DNA of 59,830 bases from an uncultured Deinococcales bacterium (lineage in GTDB: Bacteria; Deinococcota; Deinococci; Deinococcales; JAAFIG01): NCBI GenBank assembly GCA_964244895.1, contig CAXTKV010000003.1, positions 1-59,830 on the forward strand, given 5' to 3'. The notes below the pieces were generated by a model. It saw nothing but the letters and a program-made list of their open reading frames with translations, did not search any database and was not told where the DNA came from. The translations under genes were made by a program, and so were the position numbers. Shown here one piece after another: positions 54,001-59,830 of this stretch (its first letter is position 1; every line of letters starts with the position of its first letter).

Positions 54001-55302
54001 TTAAGGAGCGGTCGTGAAGTTGGTGTTGCCCGAATTGAAAGCCGTGATCGCGGTCGGCGTGGTAAAGTACGTCAGGAACAAGCTGCCGCCCGCCGGGTCG
54101 GTCAGGATGTCCGAAGACCCGAGGTTGGCCGCCTGGAACGACGAGACGTTCCAGTTGTACGCCGTGCTACCGACCAGGGCCGCCCCGATACCCGCGTAAT
54201 CGGGCAGCGTCAAGTTGCTGCTGCTAGCGGGCAAGTAAATTCTGTACTGGATGGATGGCCCATTCAGGGTCAGGGAGTACATGTTCGCGCCGGACACGGG
54301 CGACCAGTTAAAGGCGGGGCGCTTGTTGACGTTGGTAGCGGTGTTGCTGGGCAGGCTGTTCTTGAGCACCACCGTGGCTGGCAAGCTGACGTTCGTGGAA
54401 CCACCGACCACACCGGGCAAGATGACGGTCGCACCGTTGCCGGAACCATCGTCACCCGTGACGGCGAAGACGCTGCCCTCGTTGGGCACGTTGAAGCTCG
54501 TACCGCTGGCGAACGACCCACCGAGCCCGAGCAGGAACGGTGCGCCGTTGACGCGGACGTTCAACAAGAACGAGTTGGGCGTGGTGGTGTACGCACCGAG
54601 CGTGTAGGACAGGGTGGTCGTTCCAGACGCGACCGCCGTGTCGAGCGGAATGTTCAGACCGGACTGTCCAATACCCTTGGCCAGCGTGACACCCGCGCGC
54701 TTGCCCGTCTGCAGGTACGTCAGGGTGGGCAACGACCCCGAGGTGCGCAGCGCGACCAGGTCGGTGGTCTTGTTCGGCCCGCCCGTCCAGACGGCTGAGC
54801 CGGTGTAATTGCCGTTGGTGGTGTTGCCGGACATCAGGCTGAATGCGCCGTTGGTGGCGGAAATCACCAGGCTGTTGCCTGCGGGCAGCGGGTAGGTCGG
54901 GCCGGTCACGGTGCCAGCAATGTTGGCGGAGTACCCGATCGAACCGAAGCCGGTGGTCGCAATCTGCGGGTTGGTGCGCGTCAAGCCTCGGTACTCGACG
55001 ACGTAGGTGGTGCCACCGCTCACGGATTTGGCGGTCAGCGTGTACGGCGTCGTGACGCTCGGGAAGCTGAACTGACCCTGCACGTCGGTCGTGGCTGGCG
55101 TACCGGCGTTGTTCAACTGGACGCTGACGCCGGACACGGGTGCCCCTGAACCGTCCACGATGGTACCGGCCACGGTGATGGTCGCGGGCGGTGGCGGCGG
55201 CGCGGGCGGGCCGGGAGGCGGGCTGGGCGGGGTGGGTGAAGGACAAGCGACCAGAGCGACGGTGCTGATCAGCGCGGCGAGACCCAGCTTCCAGTGATTC
55301 AT
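54001..55302 (-). CDS. Pro-linker lipoprotein, paralog C
   Basis: AGGAGG RBS before ATG 55302; lipobox ALVAC; same motifs as A and B. Confidence 0.75.
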   Translation of the reverse strand: MNHWKLGLAALISTVALVACPSPTPPSPPPGPPAPPPPPATITVAGTIVDGSGAPVSGVSVQLNNAGTPATTDVQGQFSFPSVTTPYTLTAKSVSGGTTYVVEYRGLTRTNPQIATTGFGSIGYSANIAGTVTGPTYPLPAGNSLVISATNGAFSLMSGNTTNGNYTGSAVWTGGPNKTTDLVALRTSGSLPTLTYLQTGKRAGVTLAKGIGQSGLNIPLDTAVASGTTTLSYTLGAYTTTPNSFLLNVRVNGAPFLLGLGGSFASGTSFNVPNEGSVFAVTGDDGSGNGATVILPGVVGGSTNVSLPATVVLKNSLPSNTATNVNKRPAFNWSPVSGANMYSLTLNGPSIQYRIYLPASSSNLTLPDYAGIGAALVGSTAYNWNVSSFQAANLGSSDILTDPAGGSLFLTYFTTPTAITAFNSGNTNFTTAP

Positions 55303-55627
55303 GCGACTACCTCCTGAATAACGTTGATTCATGACGGTCTATTCGACGATTGAGAAAAGAGTTGAATCGATGCGATCGGCTGCCTCCTGAACGGGATGAG
55401 TAGGTGTTCTGCAAGGTTCTGAGTGGAGGGCAAAGATTCCTGGTGGCGTCTGCGTGGCGCTTTTTCCCGCGCCCTCAAGGTATCCAAGGCAGGCTGAAAG
55501 CGCCCTGAGAGGCTTTCACGGCCCTGGCCAGCGCCTCTCGAGACAGCAAGAACACCGTCCCGAACGCACTTCTGGCGTTGCGTCCGGGACGGTATGGTTG
55601 GTTGGGGTTGAATCTCGAGCTGAAGCT

Positions 55628-56119
55628 TTAAGCCTCGAACAAGCCGGGAATCGGTTCAATCTCGAGGTGATCCGCCAGGACGCGCACGTAAGGCGCTTGC
55701 AACGGCACGAGCGCGTCGCGCCCATCGTGTTCGATCACCAGGATGTCGTGCGCCCCGGAATCGATCACGTCGCGCACGCGTCCCAGATCCTGACCGCCCG
55801 GTGCGCGCACCGGCAGTCCGATCAGGTCGTGATAGTAGTACGTGCCCGCCTCGAGCTCGAGTTCCGCTTTTTCCGCGCGCAATTCCAGGTCGCGTAGACC
55901 TTCGGCGGCATCCACGGTGATGATCCCCGCCAACTTCAGCACCAGAATGTTGCGGTTGTGAAGGCGGATGTTCTTGACGCGCATCCAGCCGTGGTTCTGC
56001 AGGTGAACGCGTTGCAAGCCCAGCAGCGCCTCCGGTTGCCCGATGGGTTGCAGCCTCACGCTTCCATCGAGCCCCTGCGGAGCGACGATTCTGCCAATCA
56101 GGATCAGGTGTTCAGTCAC
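55628..56119 (-). CDS. rimM: Ribosome maturation factor RimM
   Basis: IGRIVAPQGLDG, YYYHDLIG, GAHDIL, PGLF; downstream of rpsP. Confidence 0.92.
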   Translation of the reverse strand: MTEHLILIGRIVAPQGLDGSVRLQPIGQPEALLGLQRVHLQNHGWMRVKNIRLHNRNILVLKLAGIITVDAAEGLRDLELRAEKAELELEAGTYYYHDLIGLPVRAPGGQDLGRVRDVIDSGAHDILVIEHDGRDALVPLQAPYVRVLADHLEIEPIPGLFEA

Positions 56120-56236
56120 GGCGTCTTTCGTCGGGAACGTTCTGTGGCCAACGCAGCCCAGGCTCGAGAAACGCGTTCTTGGGGTTCAACAGAAATCCCC
56201 CTCTCGAGACGAAAGGGGGACGATCTGAAAGCGCGA

Positions 56237-56500
56237 TCACTCCGGCTGGAACTCGCCCTCTGGGGCGTTCGGGGCGCTCGCCACGTCCACCTGGACGCGT
56301 TCGCGCGGGCCGGCGGCGGCGCGAGCAATCGTGCGAATGGCCTGGATGACGCGACCGCCGCGACCGATGACTCGACCTTCCTCGCCACCCGCCACGTGGA
56401 TCAGGTACGTGGTTTCACGATCCCCGACGGACTCGACGCGCACGCTCGAGGGATCATCCACGACCTTGCGGGCCAGGTACTCGACGAGATCGCGCACCAT
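56237..56500 (-). CDS. khpA: KH domain RNA-binding protein
   Basis: GRVIGRGGRVIQAIRT; between rpsP and rimM. Confidence 0.85.
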   Translation of the reverse strand: MVRDLVEYLARKVVDDPSSVRVESVGDRETTYLIHVAGGEEGRVIGRGGRVIQAIRTIARAAAGPRERVQVDVASAPNAPEGEFQPE

Positions 56501-56797
56501 TCAGGCCTTCTTGGCGGCCCTGGCCACGTTCTTTTCAAAAGTGGTGGGCACGTGCTCCAGAGCGCCAACTTTTTCCAGCAGTTTGCGGGCGCGGTTGGTG
56601 GGCTGAGCGCCCTTGGAGAGCCAGTACTGGGCGCGTTCGACGTTCAGATCCAGCGGGTTGGCGATCTTGCCGCGTGGGTCGTAGTGACCCAGGTTCTCGA
56701 TGTACCCGGCGTCGCGAGCCCTCTTGGAATCGATCACGACGACGCGGTAGTGCGGGTTGTGGGTGGAGCCGGTGCGGGACAGACGAATCTTGACCAT
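56501..56797 (-). CDS. rpsP: 30S ribosomal protein S16
   Basis: [35 protein letters not shown]. Confidence 0.97.
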   Translation of the reverse strand: MVKIRLSRTGSTHNPHYRVVVIDSKRARDAGYIENLGHYDPRGKIANPLDLNVERAQYWLSKGAQPTNRARKLLEKVGALEHVPTTFEKNVARAAKKA

Positions 56798-57281
56798 GTT
56801 CTTCCTCTTCCTTGAGGGTCGGGCGCGTCGCTTGGATTTGGCGCACCCTTTTCGTACCCGGCAGACCAGCAGCCACGCGCTGCCGAGGTACTCGCACGTC
56901 CGGTTGACCGGCGTAACCGGAGAAGGATAGCAGACGAAACGCGTGCGGTAAAGGCGAAAGCGCCGGGTTCTCGAGCCTGACGGGTGGAACGGTCGCTTCA
57001 GGCGCGCAGGAATCCGTTCAGACCGCGCTTCTCGAGCAAAACATCTCCCCTGAGGTCGGGTGTTCCAGGAATTCGGGTCGCATCAAGCTCGAGACTTCCT
57101 GTCCGGGACGACGCTCTTCTCGAGCCAGCCGACAACAACTTGGGGAAACGCGATCGTAGATTCAGACGCTCGAAAGGCGCAGTAAGCAGCGCCCTTACAC
57201 CGACATTTTTGAACACTACCGCAATAAAACACCGTCTAGCACGCATATTTCAACTCGCGTACCAGACGGTGTTCTTACAAT

Positions 57282-58430
57282 TCAGGCTCGGGTCACGTCG
57301 AGCGAACGCTCGAAGGTATCCACCAAGCCGCGCACGTTCATGATGCCCTCTAAAGTCTCGAGGAAACGCGCGTAGTGAACGGGGCGGGCAGCTTCACCCA
57401 TCAAGCCCAGACGCCAGATCTTTCCGGCGGTCTGACCCAACCCGCCCGTAACGATCACACCCTTCTCGCGCAACGCGGTGCGGGTCTGAAGATCGTTCAG
57501 GCCCTCGGGCAGCACGACCGCCATGACGGTCGGCAGGCGTTCGGCTTCGGGCACGAAGGCGCTGAAGCCGACCGTTTCCAGAGCGGCCAGCGTGGCCTGC
57601 CCGACAACCCGGACGCGTTCGGCTCGAGCCTCGAGCCCTTCGTCAAGGGCCGCTTTGAGCGCGGCGTCCAGGGCGAAGTGCAGTTGCACGGGCACGGTGT
57701 GGTGGTACTCCTGGCGGTTCCAGTAGGCTTGCAAACCCTCCAGGTCGGCGTACCACAGTGGCACGCGCGTCTTGCGGGATTCCACGGCGGCCTGGGCGCG
57801 CGGGCTGAAAGCCACGGGCGCCACGCCGGGAGGAGCCGAGAGGCACTTCTGCGAGCCCGTGTAGGCGTAGTCGATGCCGTTGTCCTTCATGGAAAAGGGC
57901 ATCATGCCCGCCGTGGTCACGGCGTCCACAGTCACGAGCGCCCCGTGCGCGCTGGCCAGACGCGCCACTTCCAGCGCCGGGTTTAAAACGCCCGTCGAGG
58001 TTTCACCGTGAACCACGGCGACCAACCTGAAGGGCTTGCCCTCGAGTTCCGCGCGTTCAATCGCGTCCTGCACGGCCTGGATCGGCACGGCCCGACCGAT
58101 CGGCGCGCTCACGGTGGTCACGACCGCACCGATTCTCGAGGCCATCTCCGCCATGCGCTCACCGAAGGAACCGTTCGAGAGCACCAGCGTGCGGTCTCCC
58201 GGCTCGAGCAGGTTGGCGAAGCCCGCCTCCATGCCCAACGAGCCCGTGCCCGCCAGCAAGCAAGTGAAGGTGTCCGGCGTCGTGCCGTACATCTCGCGCA
58301 GACCGACCTGGATGCGGGCGTTGGCCTCGAAGACCTCGGGGTCCATGTGGCCGCGCATCGGGTACGACAGGGCGCGTTGCGCGTGCGGTTCGATCGGGGT
58401 GGGGCCGGGCGTCAAAAGAAGCTGATCCAT
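57282..58430 (-). CDS. Alanine-glyoxylate/serine-pyruvate aminotransferase (class V PLP)
   Basis: [36 protein letters not shown]. Confidence 0.88.
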   Translation of the reverse strand: MDQLLLTPGPTPIEPHAQRALSYPMRGHMDPEVFEANARIQVGLREMYGTTPDTFTCLLAGTGSLGMEAGFANLLEPGDRTLVLSNGSFGERMAEMASRIGAVVTTVSAPIGRAVPIQAVQDAIERAELEGKPFRLVAVVHGETSTGVLNPALEVARLASAHGALVTVDAVTTAGMMPFSMKDNGIDYAYTGSQKCLSAPPGVAPVAFSPRAQAAVESRKTRVPLWYADLEGLQAYWNRQEYHHTVPVQLHFALDAALKAALDEGLEARAERVRVVGQATLAALETVGFSAFVPEAERLPTVMAVVLPEGLNDLQTRTALREKGVIVTGGLGQTAGKIWRLGLMGEAARPVHYARFLETLEGIMNVRGLVDTFERSLDVTRA

Positions 58431-58648
58431 GAGGTTCCTTTCCGGTTCCGCCCCACAAAAAAATCTGACCTCGCCATCGGCGACAGCTCAGACCATCCCG
58501 TGTGGGCGGTCATGTGCTATCAAGCTCGCGCGGTCAGAAGCGACATCTGTTTTTGAGTATACACAGTCAATTCGGTTATGCAAGCCAGAAATCGGCAGTT
58601 ACCCCGCAAGGAACGGCAGCGCCATCACCGTTCCTCGAGCCCCATCCA

Positions 58649-58685
58649 GTCGTCATTCTGAGGAGGCACGGCGAAGAATCCTTCG
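58649..58685 (+). repeat. GTCATTCTGAG...GAAGAATC-type intergenic repeat, copy 2
   Basis: GTCGTCATTCTGAGGAGGCACGGCGAAGAATCC. Confidence 0.55.
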
Positions 58686-58822
58686 ATGCCATTCGGGCTC
58701 GAAAGGTCGCGCACGACTGTCTTCTCGAGTTTCTCACGTTGCGGGCTGGCATTCGAAAAGACCGTCCAGGACAGCATTCTTTAATCTCGAGAAAACGCGT
58801 CCAGGACGGTATCCCCGTCAGA

Positions 58823-59647
58823 TCAGGAACCTTTGAGCGCCTCGCCACGGGCCAGCAAGGCGATCCGGATCGCCTTGAGCGCGGAACGGGCGTTGACGTA
58901 ACGCTCACCGGGCGTCTTGGTCAGCAACCGCATCGCGATGCCATCCAACGGGTGCTCCTGGCGGTCGTCGCGCAACTCGCGCGGGTGAACGGCGATTGTG
59001 CCGACGTGATCGCGCACGACCTGCTGCGGGCTGCCATCGAACGGCAACTGCCCGGTGATGCCCCAATACAGCAGCACGCCCGCGCTGTACAGATCCGCCG
59101 ATGGCGTGAGCGGCAAACCGCGCGCCGCCTCGGGCGAGATGTAGCCGACCGTTCCGGGCGCGACGCGCTCGCGGAAGACCTCCCCGGTTGGGCCGGACAA
59201 GTCGTAATCGATCAATTTCACGTCCAGCGCGCCGTTCAATCCGGGCGAGACCATCAGGTTCTCGGGTTTCAGATCGCGGTGCACCAATCCGCGCGCGTGC
59301 AGGTACGCCAGCGCCTCTAAGGTCTGCACGAAGGCCTCCAGGAAGCGTTTCGGGCCGTGGTGCGTCACGAAATCCGACAGGCGCTCACCGGGCGCGAACG
59401 GCACCAGCACGCCCGGTTGACCATCCACCGTGACGCGTTCCAGCACCGGATTCAGGTTCGGGTGGTCCAGGCCGTGCCCGACCAGGTATTCCCGATCGGC
59501 GCGAGAAGCCAGGTGCGGCGGGTACAGCTTGACGGCGTAGGGCGCTCCGTGCGGATCAAAGGCCAGGTACACGACGCTCGAAGCGCCCCGCGCGAAAGGT
59601 CGCACGAGGCGGTACCGCTCGAGCAGAACGGTGCCGGGAATGCCCAC
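58823..59647 (-). CDS. Hanks-type serine/threonine protein kinase
   Basis: YAVK, HRDLKPEN, DYD in place of DFG, GTVGYISPE, DLYSAG; TATGAT 6 nt upstream of GTG 59647. Confidence 0.88.
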   Translation of the reverse strand: MGIPGTVLLERYRLVRPFARGASSVVYLAFDPHGAPYAVKLYPPHLASRADREYLVGHGLDHPNLNPVLERVTVDGQPGVLVPFAPGERLSDFVTHHGPKRFLEAFVQTLEALAYLHARGLVHRDLKPENLMVSPGLNGALDVKLIDYDLSGPTGEVFRERVAPGTVGYISPEAARGLPLTPSADLYSAGVLLYWGITGQLPFDGSPQQVVRDHVGTIAVHPRELRDDRQEHPLDGIAMRLLTKTPGERYVNARSALKAIRIALLARGEALKGS

Positions 59648-59830
59648 GGGTGAATCATAGCAAAGCCTTTCAGGTGATCCAGGCCACGCTTCGCAGCCAA
59701 AATCGACCACCCGGAACCCGAGGATCGAGAAGACCACGGTTGGTTCTCGAGACGATCAGGCTCCAAAGTCCATCAGTTCGCCACGACCGCCATCGGATAT
59801 ACTCCCCCGGTCATGCGGTTCGCCATCTCT

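Noticed and set aside
51078-55302. Diversity-generating retroelement behind the lipoprotein or S41 variation
   Set aside because: No reverse transcriptase and no adenine-specific template/variable repeat pair seen.
59773-59830. Possible 3' end of a minus-strand gene (…EMANRMTGGVYPMAVVAN*)
   Set aside because: Too short to assign a frame or function with confidence.

Overview
GC-rich bacterial chromosomal segment, probably Deinococcota (inferred from the Deinococcus-type crtI, two DUF4388 genes, an APRT-like gene pair and many leaderless-type promoters). It holds housekeeping and metabolic genes (crtI, ftsK, metX/metY under a SAM-I riboswitch, gluQ, trmD, rimM, khpA, rpsP) plus two paralog expansions. 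One is a tandem array of seven secreted S41 proteases that all lack the CtpA lysine, one of them apparently catalytically dead. The other is three Pro-linker lipoproteins inserted between rimM and trmD. A mitochondrial-type BCS1 AAA ATPase, missed by the ORF track, runs off the left edge. The non-coding DNA is highly structured: CTCGAG is strongly over-represented, a REP/REPIN-like palindrome occupies about 28 intergenic loci, and a small MITE-like element has an internal 33-bp cassette in opposite orientations in two copies. No rRNA, tRNA, CRISPR array or transposase gene was recognised. All calls come from reading motifs by eye; no searches were run.
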